Assembly: GCA_002269645.1 (NCBI GenBank)
Contig: NIVC01000368.1
Coordinates: forward strand, 124,001-188,000
Source: Macrostomum lignano
Taxonomy: Eukaryota
Reading direction: 5' to 3'
DNA: 64,000 nucleotides
A program made the position numbers and the translations under genes. Below are positions 51,926 through 63,900 of the stretch, one piece after another (position 1 is the stretch's first letter; each line of letters begins with the position of its first letter). The notes under the pieces are model-generated. The model made no database searches. It was given only the letters and a program-made list of their open reading frames with translations, and was not told where the DNA came from.

Positions 51926-52079
51926 TTGCCGTGACCCGCTGTGTCCTGACTTGCCGTGACCCGCTGTGTCCTGACTTGCCGTGACCCGCTGTGTCCTGAC
52001 TTGCCGTGACCCGCTGTGTCCTGACTTGCCGTGACCCGCTGTGTCCTGACTTGCCGTGACCCGCTGTGTCCTGACTTGC
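51926..52079. repeat. 25-bp minisatellite (6 copies) abutting the truncated gag
   Basis: TTGCCGTGACCCGCTGTGTCCTGAC x6. Confidence 0.95.
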
Positions 52080-55000
52080 ATTACACAGGACGAGAGCAAA
52101 TACCACTACCTGGTCGCAGCACTTGATCAACAGTCTACCGAGCGACTCCTAGACGTGCTTGAGAGCCCTCCCAACACGGGCAAGTACCTGCAGCTGAAAG
52201 CTCGCCTTCTTGGCACTTTTAGTTTGTCGCGACAACAGCGGGCCAACCGGTTGCTCAACATAGCTGGCCTCGGCGATCGGCGGCCGTCCGAACTAATGAA
52301 CGAAATGTTGGCTCTGCTGGGCGACCAGTTGTCGTGCCTGCTTTTCGAAGAGCTTTTCGGCCAGCAGCTTCCGGTGGACATCCGCATGGCGTTAGTCTCC
52401 GCTTATTTTAAAGACCCGCGAGCAGTGGCGCTCCTCGCCGACTAGCTCTGGGCCAGCCGACCGCATCCAATGGTTGCAGAAGTTCAGCAGCCCGACCTTC
52501 CTGTGATCGCAGTCGCACGTCAGAGCGGAACTAATCGCTTTAGCAGGACTCAGCCACCCCAAGGTCGCGCCGGGGAAGCCAAAGGCTTTGTTACTACCAC
52601 AAGAAGTTCGGCGCGAAAGCTAGACGATGCGAAGCACCATGCAAGTTTCAGGGGAACGAGCAGGCCGGCCGTCAGTTAACAGCTCAGCGGCCGGCGACAG
52701 CAGTCTACTCCTCATCCCGGATGTACAGTCAGGCCGGCGCTTTCTAGTGGACACAGGCATTGAGGTCAGTATTTTCCCAGTAGCCTTAACAGACGCCCGA
52801 CTAAAGCGCCAAGGACCACCGCTCTATGCAGCCAACGGCAGTAAAAATCGAGACTTTCGGCACACGCCAGCTCACTCTGGATCTTGGCATCTGGCGCTGC
52901 TCGTGGCCTTTCCTTCTGGCAGCGGTTTCCCGACCACTAATCGGCGCAGATTTCCTCCGGCACCACGGGTTGCTGGTGGACCTGCCGCAGCGACGCCTGC
53001 TCGACGCCCAATCCCTGGCGAGCGTCAACCTTTTGAACGGAGCCGGCCCTGGTTTGCAGCTTTCCGCAGCCGCTGTTGCGGACCCATATTGCCAGCTGCT
53101 AGCAGATTTCCCTGCCCTGAGTTTCCGCCGAGCCCAGCCGCGCCACGGGGTCGAACACCACATCCCGACGAGCGGCCCGCCGGTCCATGCCCACCCCCGC
53201 CGCCTGCCACCGGACAAGCTGGCGGTGGCCAAAGAAGAATTCCGACTCCTGGAGCAGCTCGGCATCGTGCGCAGGTCAAACAGCCCTTGGTCATCGCCCT
53301 TGCACATGGTGCCCAAGTCTTCGGGTGGCTGGCGACCGTGTGGCGATTTCAGGCGCCTAAATGATAGCTCGTAGTATCACTGTGCCAGATCGCTATCCAG
53401 TGCCGCACATTCAGGATTTCTCAGCGCGACTGGCTGGATGCTCAGTTTTTTCAAAAATCGACCTCGTCCGTGAATACCATCAGGTGCCAGTGACGCCTAC
53501 AGATGTTCCAAAGACAGCTGTAGTCACCCCGTTTGGCCTTTTTGAATTCCTGCGGATGCATTTTGGGTTAAAAAACGCGGTCCAGGCTTTCCAGCTCCTA
53601 GTAGACTCTGTTTGCCAAGACTTGGATTTTGTATTTGCTTACATTGACGACTTCCTAGTGGCCAGTCACAACCCGGATCAGCACTTGGAGCACTTGCGAA
53701 AGCTGTTCCAACGCATGGCTAGCAATGGTTTTCTAGTCAACCCCGCGAAGTGCCAGTTCGGCCGCAGCGAAATTGATTTCCTCGGCCATCGAACCAGCGC
53801 TCAGGGAGCCGTGCCGCTGCCCTCAAAAGTTGACGCTGTCGCTCGTTTTGCACTGCCCACAACCGTCAAGGGCCTGCAGGAGTTCGCCGGCATGGTAAAC
53901 TTCTACCACCGCTTTGTGCCTCGAGCCGCCCAGCTACTGGGCCCCATTCATGAGGCTACTGCTATAAAAGGCAAATTGGTCCGTTGGACACCCGAGCTGA
54001 CGGCCGCATTCAACAATGCTAAGCAGGCCCTGGCAGGTGCGGCAATGCTGGCGCATCCACTGCCAAAGGCGCCGATCGGCCTGCTGGCTTTCTTCCGCGA
54101 GTTGCTAGCCTTGTACATGGCTGTCCAGCACTTTCGCTACTTTCTAGAATGTCGGGTTTTCACAGCTTTCACAGACCATAAGCCGCTGGTCGCAGCTATG
54201 TCAAAAATCTCGGATCCATGGTCAGCCAGGCAGCAGCGACACTTAGCTTACATATCTGAGTTCACAACGGATATCCAGCACATTGCGGGCAAAGAAAACC
54301 CTGCAGCGGCGCGCTTTCTCGGTGTACGGCGGCCGCAGTTCGGTCGCAGTGGCCCCCGGGTGTGAACTTCGAGAAGATAGCGAGGGCGCAACAGGCGGTC
54401 CCAGTGACTCACACAGGCAGCAGCATTCAGCTGGCGCGAGTGGAGATCAGCCCCGGGCTGGTGTTGCTGTGCGACACCTCTATCGGTCGGTCGCGCCCTC
54501 TCGTGCCTGCGGAGTTTCTCCGCGCTGTTTTTGACGCAATTCACGGCCTCGAGCACCCATCGGTTCGCAGCACGCGCCATTTGGTGGCCGAAAAATTTGT
54601 GTGGGAAAAATGAACCGGGACGTCACCCAGTGAGCCCGGACCTGTGTCGCTTGCCACACAGCCAAAGTCCATCGATACGTCACCGCACCCATCGAAGGCA
54701 TCCGGGTCCCCGGACAGCGCTTTGCCCATGTCCACGTGGATCTGGTAGGACCGCTGCCGCAGTCACAGGGTTTCACTCACCTGTTTACCATCGTGGACCG
54801 CTTCACTCGGTGGTCAGAGGCAATTCCAATGACGGATACTTCAGCAGCAGCCTGTGCATCAGCTTTTATTTCCCATTGGGTCGCCCGCTTTGGCGTGCCA
54901 ATTGACATTACATCAGACAAGGGCTCGCAATTCACTTCGCAGCTGTGGACGAACTGCTCCCGGCTACTCAGAATGCAGCTGCACCAGACAACGGCTTTTC

Positions 55001-55741
55001 ACCCGCAGTCGAATGGGCTAGTCGAGCGCTTTCATCGGCAATTAAAGGCTTCATTGATGGCGCGCTTATCCAGACCGACTTGGATCAAAACGAGCTGCCC
55101 TGGGTGCTTCTCGGCATCCGCACGGCTCCCAAGGAAGATCTGCCAGCATTATCCGCAGAGTTGGTGTACGGGCCACCATCAGCTTACCCGGAGAGTGTCT
55201 ACTGCCCAGCCCACCCGACACTCTGGGCTACGACCAGTTCCTGTCGCAAGTGCGCAGAGCAGTGCAGGCTTTTCGGCCGGTGCCAACGTCGCACCACGGC
55301 AGCCGTCCATCTGCTTGGCCCGCGGCCCTCGATACCTGCACGTTCGTATTCGTCCGTCGAGACGGTCACTGCACGGCGTTGCAAAGACCGTATGATGGGC
55401 CATTCAAGGTCATTGAGCGGGAAGCCAAAGCCTTTCTGTTTGATCTAGGCACCCGAAAAGATCGAGTTAGCGTGGACAGGGTAAAGCCAGCGCTGTTGAA
55501 CACTGCTGATCCCATTCCACAGCCGGCGCTACTCTCTCGAGGTCGACCCAGGCGGGCACCAGTCAGTATCGTTTCGCCTCACACCGGTTGGAGAGTTACA
55601 GACTCGCCACTTCAGCAGCCAGCCGAGCACACGGATAAGACACAGCCAGCAGCGCCGCCAACAATTATTCAGCGTCGCCGACAGCCACATCGGAAGTGTC
55701 GGCCATTACACTTTGGCAAGTAGCTTGGTGCTGGGGGGAGC
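52080..55741 (+). mobile_element. Decayed, 5'-truncated Ty3/Gypsy LTR retrotransposon, CsRn1-like clade (gag-PR-RT-RH-IN, PPT)
   Basis: Gag KYHYLVAALD and CHCC knuckle CYYH-x9-C-x3-C; protease FLVDTG; RT YIDD; RNase H TDHKPL; integrase HVDLVGPLP...DRFTRW...QSNGLVER; PPT GGGGGGAGC then TGT at 55742 (3' LTR start, end not defined). Multiple stops and frameshifts. Confidence 0.92.
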
Positions 55742-56292
55742 TGTGTGGCGGCTAGCCTTAATGACTTTGAGTCCATGACACCAATTTTACTACTATATTT
55801 AGTCCACGGGTACAATCAAACATAAAGGCAACCGTTTTCTTCAAGACTCGCTTTGTTTTGCAAGCCGCCAAATTACATGTAGTAAAATATTGACGTAATA
55901 AACTAGACTAAGCCCTGGTAAGCTTCAATAAATTATTAATATTATGCAGAAAACACAAAATAGTTTAAAATGTGACTTTTATAAAGGGACAATATATATA
56001 CCGCTAATTAATACTGTCATTTGCACCACTTTAGCCTTATCTACCAAATTTCATAGATTGACACCAGAAACAAATACCAAATATGAATATAACGGGGGGG
56101 TCGCTTTCACAAAACCTAAACTTCACAACGTCGCAAGACACAAACTTTCACAAGCTCGAAATTTCATTAACCCGTACTTTCACAACGCCTATACGCTCGT
56201 AAAAAGCACTAAGGAGATACAACATTTTACAAGCCCCAAATCGTATCTCCATAGTGCTTTTTGGCGTTATGAAATTTAGGGCTTGTGAAATT

Positions 56293-56460
56293 CTGTAAAC
56301 TACTGTAAACTACTGTAAACCACTGTAAACTACTGTGAAAACTACTGTAAACTACTGCCCAAGCAACAGGTACGCGCGTATTACGCGCATAAAACGCGCG
56401 TTTTCGTTCGCGTTTTACGCGCGTATACCTGTTGCTTGGGTGTAAACTACTGTAAACTAC
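56293..56460. repeat. 10-bp tandem repeat (TGTAAACTAC) interrupted by a small TIR element
   Basis: Directly visible on both sides of 56358-56440. Confidence 0.85.
56358..56440. mobile_element. 83-bp MITE with CCCAAGCAACAGGTA TIRs and 2-bp TSD (TG)
   Basis: CCCAAGCAACAGGTA...TACCTGTTGCTTGGG with TG on both sides. CCC termini plus a 2-bp TSD resemble animal EnSpm/CMC non-autonomous elements. Confidence 0.7.
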
Positions 56461-56827
56461 TCTTGATATAAACAAGAGCCTAAATGCCGCTTGGGTTTGA
56501 ATGACAGCGCTCATTCCTCTCTCCTCTCTCCCCTATTCCTGTCGCGCAGAATAAAATCGATAAGGCGGAGGGAGTGCAGTCTGGGCTATGTGAAAAGACG
56601 CATTGACATGGATAGAGGTGGTATTGCAGGCCCTCCTCACCCCTCCCGCCTCTTCCACTTTGTACACGCTATTTATTTTCGCTGGTATAGTGTCAGCTCA
56701 CACCCCATCGCCTCTCTTCACCCCTCTTTCTCAAGCTCACACACACGTACATATAATATGGGTTATATATGTGGTAACCATGTGGTAACTGAAAGCAGCG
56801 GCCACTAACCACAGACCACAGCTCACA

Positions 56828-57343
56828 ATGGCTAGCAATAGCCAACAGCAGGAAGATGACGCGATTCAGACGGTAGAAAAAGGACTCGGTAAAACAAAGA
56901 AGCCGCAGGAGCAGGATGTGACGCTGCCAGAGGAAGAGCAGCTGAGTTCGAAGACCGCCAATTATGGCGCGCTGGAAGAAGGCCAATCGGAGCAGCATCC
57001 GCAGCTGCAGCAGCTGCCGCAACAGGAAATTTGGGAGGTAGGGCACCTGCAGCCGCAGCAGCCGCCGCAACAGGAAAATCGGAATACAGACGGGCTGCTG
57101 AGAGAAATATTGACGAGGCTCGAAGAGCTGCAGCAGCAATCAACTCGAATCATATGGGATGTGGACTCCGTGCAGCAAAATCAAGCGCAGTTAGCAGTTA
57201 AAATCGATCAACTACAGGATCAGCAGAAGCGGCAGGGACATATTGTTTCGGCGGCGAGCAGCAATTTGGAGAAAATTGGCCAAAAGATGGCGGAGCTGAG
57301 CGTCAGTGTAAAAGAACTGCAACAGCAGCACCGGAATGAGTAA
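56828..57343 (+). CDS. Gln/Glu-rich coiled-coil orphan protein
   Basis: 171-aa ATG-initiated ORF, coding-like GC, heptad-like C-terminal half; no family recognised. Confidence 0.55.
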   Translation: MASNSQQQEDDAIQTVEKGLGKTKKPQEQDVTLPEEEQLSSKTANYGALEEGQSEQHPQLQQLPQQEIWEVGHLQPQQPPQQENRNTDGLLREILTRLEELQQQSTRIIWDVDSVQQNQAQLAVKIDQLQDQQKRQGHIVSAASSNLEKIGQKMAELSVSVKELQQQHRNE

Positions 57344-58068
57344 GAGAAGGAATGAGAATGTGTGTGTGTGTGTGAGTGAGTGAGTCAGTCAGTCTGTCCT
57401 ATGATAAGATCAGCATAGTTATATCTCTACAAAAATGGAGCAATGGCACATTGTTTAGCAATTTGACGATCATTATTCACATTTTTAATCAAAACGTCGT
57501 CAAACAGAAAAACAATTGATGCAAAGAATCAGCGGTCGCAGTGCGTGACAACGATTGTCTATGGCAAAAACAGCCGTGGCTAGATTGCTGCTCAACCAGA
57601 ACTCAATATGTCGGCATAGCTTGCTTTGAGTGCCTCGAAAATTTCTGCAATTGAAGCCATGATTATTCCCACATTGCCAGGGCAGCTCAGGTGCACAACC
57701 AGGATTTGGTTGAGAGGGGAGGCGGATTTCGATTATGACCGGGTGTACCAGTGGGAAATATCTAAATAATAGCAGAAAATAAAATGTCTTTTCTCACAGC
57801 TCTTGCACAATACAATGATACATCGATCAGGATATGTTTGTTTCGGTGGCGAGTCATGCAGGTGATAAGGTGATTGGGATTGCGATTTCTCCGCAAACTA
57901 ACGATTCAATTATCTTTCTATCCGTCAGATCCGCCACAGGAAGTTGAAATAAGTGATGATTGCACGTTCTGGGCCTAGTGTAGAAGTAGAGAAGTTGTTA
58001 GATGCAGGTACAGAAAATCCTTTTCTCATCTGTTTCATCATAATGTGCCACTGTACCGACCATTTCAG

Positions 58069-58453
58069 GTCTGACGAACAGCAGAACCAGTTCAATAAAC
58101 TGCAGGAGCAGCTGATTGAGATTAAAGACGCAATGCAACAACTGCAAAGTCAAAGCGATTCCAATTCTGTTCTGCTGCAGCAGGAGCAGCAAGAGGGCCG
58201 TCAGGATCCGAACCGTTTGTTGCTGGAGGAGGTGAGGATGTTGTATAATCGCATACTGCAGAAGCTGGAACAAATATTGCGCAACATCACGGAGAACCAG
58301 CACCAGCCACTGCTCGACTACTCGTATCAGAATCGAGTCCTGCAGGAGCTGAGTGAGCTTCTCTCTGATCTTCGCTCTGAGCAGCAGCAGCTGCAGCAGC
58401 AGCACCAGTATGGCCCGCCACCACCAACATACTCTGAAAGACCAGAGGAGTAA
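58069..58453 (+). CDS. Second Gln-rich coiled-coil orphan exon ending in PPPPTY
   Basis: CATTTCAG| acceptor, open frame to stop 58453; composition similar to 56828-57343. Confidence 0.5.
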
Positions 58454-59029
58454 ATTTCATTCCTGATTTTTAGAATATTTGACAATTGAAGTGTTGTTTA
58501 CTTGATTCAAGAGTAAAATTTACTGTATCAATTTGTATCGCACGTACAATAATTGAGTAAGGTTTTCAACATCTATTCGACTGTTATTTGAAAATTGCTG
58601 ACTTCCCCCCCCCATTATAAAAATTGCTGACTTCGATCCCCTCTGATAATAACATTTAATCTGCTATTTTTATTATTTGTTTGAGTTTTTATTGTACGCA
58701 GGGTGGATATGCGCATTGTTAAGCTACTACTAAGATACGTCTATATGGCTTGTTCCTGTATGGCTCGGAATACGCCTTGCTCCGAGTCTCATTAATATAA
58801 CGCTACCAAATCCCTGTTCTTTTAAAATAAACTTCATTGTTATCAGTCGTTTCATTCATTGATTCATTTTTCATTCATTTATTTGCGATCAAACACGTTT
58901 AAGTGAAAAACAATTGTAACAGGCTATTAATATTGTATGAATATTTTGTTTCTTTAATTAGTTTTGTTCTCCAATTAGCCTTATTTGAAATCTTAACTTT
59001 TGCCTTATCGTCTCGAGCATGAAATAGAA

Positions 59030-59905
59030 TGTTACTTACCGCCTTTTTACGAGTTAAATACCGATGCTACTATCTTTAGTAATAATACGTATAATAAATG
59101 CTTATTTTTCCATAAAATTAGTAACTTTAGCGTATATCTTTAATAAGAATTTTGTAATAAAAGTATTTTGTTTGAATCTGTCAGCCATTTTTAGCAATGC
59201 TACTATAAATACATGCGTGAAAACTTAGTTGAAGAGCAACTTGCGCTACTCGCTATTCAGGCCTAGTGCTGAGTGAACAGTTTGTTCTAAAAAAAGCCAT
59301 TGAGTCAGCCTTGTTCATTTAGAGACGTGCAGTCTCCGCCCTCTCTCCTTCCCCAGCAGAACGAGCGTACAGCTCTTCCCTTTTCTCCCCAATAAACTTG
59401 GTCCCTCTCCTTTCCCCAGTAGAACAAGCGTACAGCCTTTCTCCATGTTCCAGGTCCCTTCAATTTAGATTGGCGCTCCGCCAAATTCTTAGCCCAAGAA
59501 ACTATTTGCTCATCCCTCCTCCAATTAGATCATTTAATTAGGCGTAATTCCTTCATATTTATTAGACGCCATACCCTCCATGAAATTATTCCCTATTAGC
59601 TGCAAGACCCTCTATTAGTGCGTAAATTCTCCAGGCAACTCTGATCCATCGCGAAGCCCTTAATTCCCCTCTCCACCTATATTCCCCGGACTGAGAATAG
59701 AAACTGTGTCTTGCCGCTCGGACACTTCACGCCACCAGGAGCAACCCACGGCTTACTCCTGTCAGTAGTAGAATTTGCATCTTTCTTTATTCCCCAATTA
59801 GGTCCCTTGTAATAATCTGATAGAATAGGAGTCAATAATTTCACCCTACCACAGATTTTGGTGTCAGCAATAGGATAATTTCCCTCCCCCAAGACCCCTG
59901 TAACA
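59030..59905 (+). mobile_element. Probable 5' LTR of a Ty3/Gypsy element
   Basis: TGTTAC (59030) ... GTAACA (59905) inverted termini, internal TATAAAT (~59205) and AATAAA (~59391), followed by a PBS. The start is inferred because the partner LTR lies outside the window. Confidence 0.5.
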
Positions 59906-59910
59906 GATTT

Positions 59911-59923
59911 TGGTGGCAGCGGT
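59911..59923 (+). promoter_or_regulatory. Primer-binding site complementary to the tRNA-Leu 3' end
   Basis: TGGTGGCAGCGGT is the reverse complement of ...ACCGCTGCCACCA, 5 nt after the LTR end. Confidence 0.8.
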
Positions 59924-59995
59924 AAAGGATTGGAATCTGGTGAAACGCGCACTCAAACCCCAGTTTAATTTTCCATCCCCTATCCCCGAAGTATA

Positions 59996-60985
59996 ATGGC
60001 CGCAGGAATCAATGAAGCCCTAGGACTCTTAGCCGAAGAGCTCCGCAACCGATTAGAATTAGGTCCCCTCAGACATGTGAAGATTCAGAAGTACCTCCCC
60101 AGCCAAGATATTAGAATCTGGCTTACCGCATTTGACCAGAGATGTGAAAATGAAGGCATAGAAGAAGAAAACAGGAAGCAGGAACTGCTTACCAATCTAG
60201 ACCTGAGTACTGCGTTTGCAGCAGTTCAACGCCTCAACCTCCCAGCTAATCTCCCCTATGAAGAGTTCAAAGAAAGACTAATCGAAAGATTTGGAAAAGT
60301 AGGTAGCTCCGCCGAATTTCGCGAAGAGTTTAGAAGTCGCTTCCAAGGCAGAAACGAATCCACTGACAGCTTTGCCGATGCCCTGATTGAATTAGCCTCC
60401 CGCGCATTCCTAAATATGGATGCTGAGCAGAGAGAAGAAGAACTGGTTGAACAGTTCATCAAAGGTGTGAGAACCCCTCCCGACATCCGTGAGAAGCTAA
60501 TTTTTGCCCAACCTGCTAGTCTCCAAGCCGCCCGTAGAATGCTGCGCAGAATTGAAGCTGCTTACCAGATGTCCCACAAAGGTGGAATCCGAGTGACTAA
60601 AGATGAGAAAGAGGAGAATAAGGTCAGAACCGATCAATTGATCATTGACCAGCAGACTAAGATTGACCGCCAAGAAAGGCTTATTCAGAACCTGCAGAAA
60701 CAACTGGCTGAAACAGCGCAATGCGCCCCGCCATCTCAGGTGTTCCCCCGGCAACAGTATAGGCAGCCACCTCCTCAGCAGTACAGGCAGCCAAACCCTC
60801 AGCTGTACAGACAGCCACCCCAGCAGCAGTACAGGCCGCAACCTCAGCAGCAGTACAGGCCCCAGCTGATGAACCAGCCGCCAAGGCGTGAACCCCCAAG
60901 AAGAAATGAACGTCAGCCCCCTAACCCAAGATATGAGCCGCTGAAGTTCCGCAACCCCCGTGACTCCCAGAAGTCGGGAAACTGA
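59996..60985 (+). CDS. gag: Gypsy Gag (retrotransposon gag domain, Q/P-rich tail, no zinc knuckle seen)
   Basis: Intact 329-aa ORF after the PBS; R.Q...ES...FA..L..LA..AF and EQFIKGV gag motifs. Confidence 0.88.
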   Translation: MAAGINEALGLLAEELRNRLELGPLRHVKIQKYLPSQDIRIWLTAFDQRCENEGIEEENRKQELLTNLDLSTAFAAVQRLNLPANLPYEEFKERLIERFGKVGSSAEFREEFRSRFQGRNESTDSFADALIELASRAFLNMDAEQREEELVEQFIKGVRTPPDIREKLIFAQPASLQAARRMLRRIEAAYQMSHKGGIRVTKDEKEENKVRTDQLIIDQQTKIDRQERLIQNLQKQLAETAQCAPPSQVFPRQQYRQPPPQQYRQPNPQLYRQPPQQQYRPQPQQQYRPQLMNQPPRREPPRRNERQPPNPRYEPLKFRNPRDSQKSGN

Positions 60986-63900
60986 GAAGCCAGGGTCGAG
61001 TTAAGAGGCCACGCCCCTCAGGCCAAAATATTGCTTACTCTCCGGCCTCCTCATCATTCAAAAATGCCCCCCAACCAAAATACCGGCAACCTCCCCAGTA
61101 CGGTTTCCGTTATCCCCGCAAAACCTCCCATGTACAGCCAATGCCTGTAAATAATGCGATATCTATCTCCCCCAATAATTTTTCACTTCTTGCCTTTGAT
61201 GATGCCGACGATGCCATGCCAAATGCCCCCCATGACCCCCATGTGTACAATTCCCCTCATGCGACCGCCTCTCATGTAACCAATGCGACCAAAGCTCATG
61301 TACATCATGCGTCCGCACCCCATGTACCCACTGCGCTTGCACCCCATGTATCCCATGCGATTGAAGTCAATAATGCTTTATTCAGTGCTGAAACCCGCTC
61401 AAAGAAGCGACGAAAGCCAAAACCCAACTCCCCATCCCGAATCGACCTGACCAAGCTAGAAGGTTATGAAGCTGTAATTGTCGGCGATATCCAGAAAGAA
61501 TCGATTGATTTCTTGCTAGACACAGGCGCCAGAAATAATTTCCTGAGCCGCTCAACCTGGTCTAAGCTATTCCGTTCCGATCAAATCCGAGACACTAGCA
61601 AAAGCATTAGTACGTTTGACGGTACCCCAGTTCAATTAGAAGGAGAAGTATCCGCCCAAGTGAAGTTTGGCGATATCCAAATCGAAGTCGATTTCCTCTT
61701 ATGCCGACATGATTGCGATAATATATTAGGAATGGAATTTTTCCTATCCCAATGCGAAAGCATTCAGCTAGCCAAAGGAATGCTAGTACTCAATGAAGGT
61801 ACCTGTATACCTATGCAGTATACCCGCCTACCCGTGAAAGTTTGCCGAGTTTATACTCAAGAAAGAGTAATCATCCCAGCCAACAGTGCCCTCCGAATAC
61901 CCGTGAAATTAGCCAAGAATTGTGAATCGAATTATGGCACCCCCATGACCATTGAAGCCATTGGCGATACTATCCGAACCCGTGATTTCTCCCTAGAAAT
62001 GGTTCCGACCCTAGTAACCATGAAAGAAGGCAAAGGAATTGTCGAAATTATTAACCGCCACCCAGTAGATGTGAATTTAACTAAGACTTCCCTAATTGGC
62101 TTAGCCAGACCCATGAAGGCTAAAGACCTGACCTATTGGCAGACCCCAACTCCCAGCTCCCAACCCCCTGCAAAGTCAACCAAACTCAATGTACTGAAGA
62201 TTCCTGGATTAATGAAGTGAGCCTTGGCCCTGAATTATCGAATGAACAGCGTAAAGCAGTCATCGATCTTATGAAAGAAAACCGTGAAGCTTTTTCCCAG
62301 AATGAATTAGACATGGGCCTGACACACTTAGTAACCCACGAAATCTCTATCAAAGACCCCACCCCAGTTAGAATCCCAGCTAGACGCATCCCCCCACACT
62401 TGCAAAAGCAAGTTGACGCCCAATTAGACGATATGTTAGCCAAAAACCTAATCAGACCCTGCTATTCAACTTACTCCACTCCCCCTAGTAATTGTCCCCA
62501 AGAAAGATGGTTCTATCAGAATCGTGAGCGATTTCCGAGTGCTCAACTCAAGAGTTAATTATTACCCCTACCCCCTCCCCAATATTCAAGAGACCTTCTC
62601 CCACCTAACTGGTAGCCAATACTTTAGCAGCCTTGATTTAAACTCAGGATACTGGCAAGTCCCCATCAAAGAGGAAGATAAACATCGAACCGCATTCTCC
62701 ACCCTAACTAGAGGCCAATTTGAATACCAAGTAATGGCCCAAGGACTTTCCAATGCCCCCGGAACCTTCCAACGCCTAATGAATTTAGTCCTATTAGGAA
62801 TCCAACACAAGTTCGCCATGTCTTATATAGACGACATAATAGCCTACTCCCAAACTTTTGCCGAACATTTAGAGCACTTAAGAGAAGTGTTTAAGCGACT
62901 AATTGCCGCAGGTCTGAAGTTGAGACCCAAAAAGTGCAATCTGTTCCATCACGAGTTAAAGTACTTAGGACACGTGATTGGCCGACAAGGCATTCAAACA
63001 GACAAGACGAAGATTGAAGCAATCCAAACTTGGCCCCGTCCCAAAGACGTAAAGGAACTCCGCAGTTTTCTTGGCCTATGCAATTATTATTGCCAATTTG
63101 TGAAAAATTATGCCGAAGTGGCTCACCCCCTATTCCAATTGACCCGAAAAGGAGTCCAGAGCTTCCAATCTAAATGGAACAAAGTGCATGACGAAGCCTT
63201 TGAATCCCTGAAGCAGCGAATGATGTCCACTGAAGTGTTAGCCTACCCCGAATATGTCGAAGACGAAAATGTGAAGATGGTGCTCGACACAGATGCCAGT
63301 GACGACAGGATTGGCGCATGCCTTGGCCAAATCCAGAGTGATGGCATAGAGCGACCAATAGCCTATTTTAGTAGAGCAATGAAGGAATCAGAGAAGCGTT
63401 ACCCCATTACACGGAAAGAATTGTTAGCCCTTGTCGACGCTATGAGGCATTTCAGATTTTATCTGATCGGCAAGAAATTCTTAGCCCGAACTGATCATAA
63501 AGCGATAATTTGGCTCATGAGACAAACTGAAGCAACCGGAATCCTAGGAAGATGGATAGAGCGCCTAAATGAATTCAGGTTCGACATTGAACACAGAAGC
63601 GGCGCAAAGCATTCCAATGCCGACGGATTGTCGAGAAGACCAGCTGAGATAGCTGAAGCCCCTGAAGTATCCCCTGAAGCAGCCCCTGAACTTGCTGAAA
63701 CAGCACCTGAAGTTTCTGAAGTCCCTGACGCAGCCAATGAGCCTGCTGAAGCGATCCTTGAAACCCCTGAAGTACCTGAAGCGATTCCTGAAAAAGTTGA
63801 GCCAATCCCTGAGAAAGTTGAGAAATTGACCCCTGTTCCCCTGAGAGATGAGAGTGCTCCCGCTGAAACTAAGGACAACCCCATGTCCCAGTCACCTGAA

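Noticed and set aside
51350-52079. 5' LTR for the CsRn1-like element
   Set aside because: No match to the sequence following the PPT at 55742. The element is 5'-truncated within gag at the 25-bp repeat.
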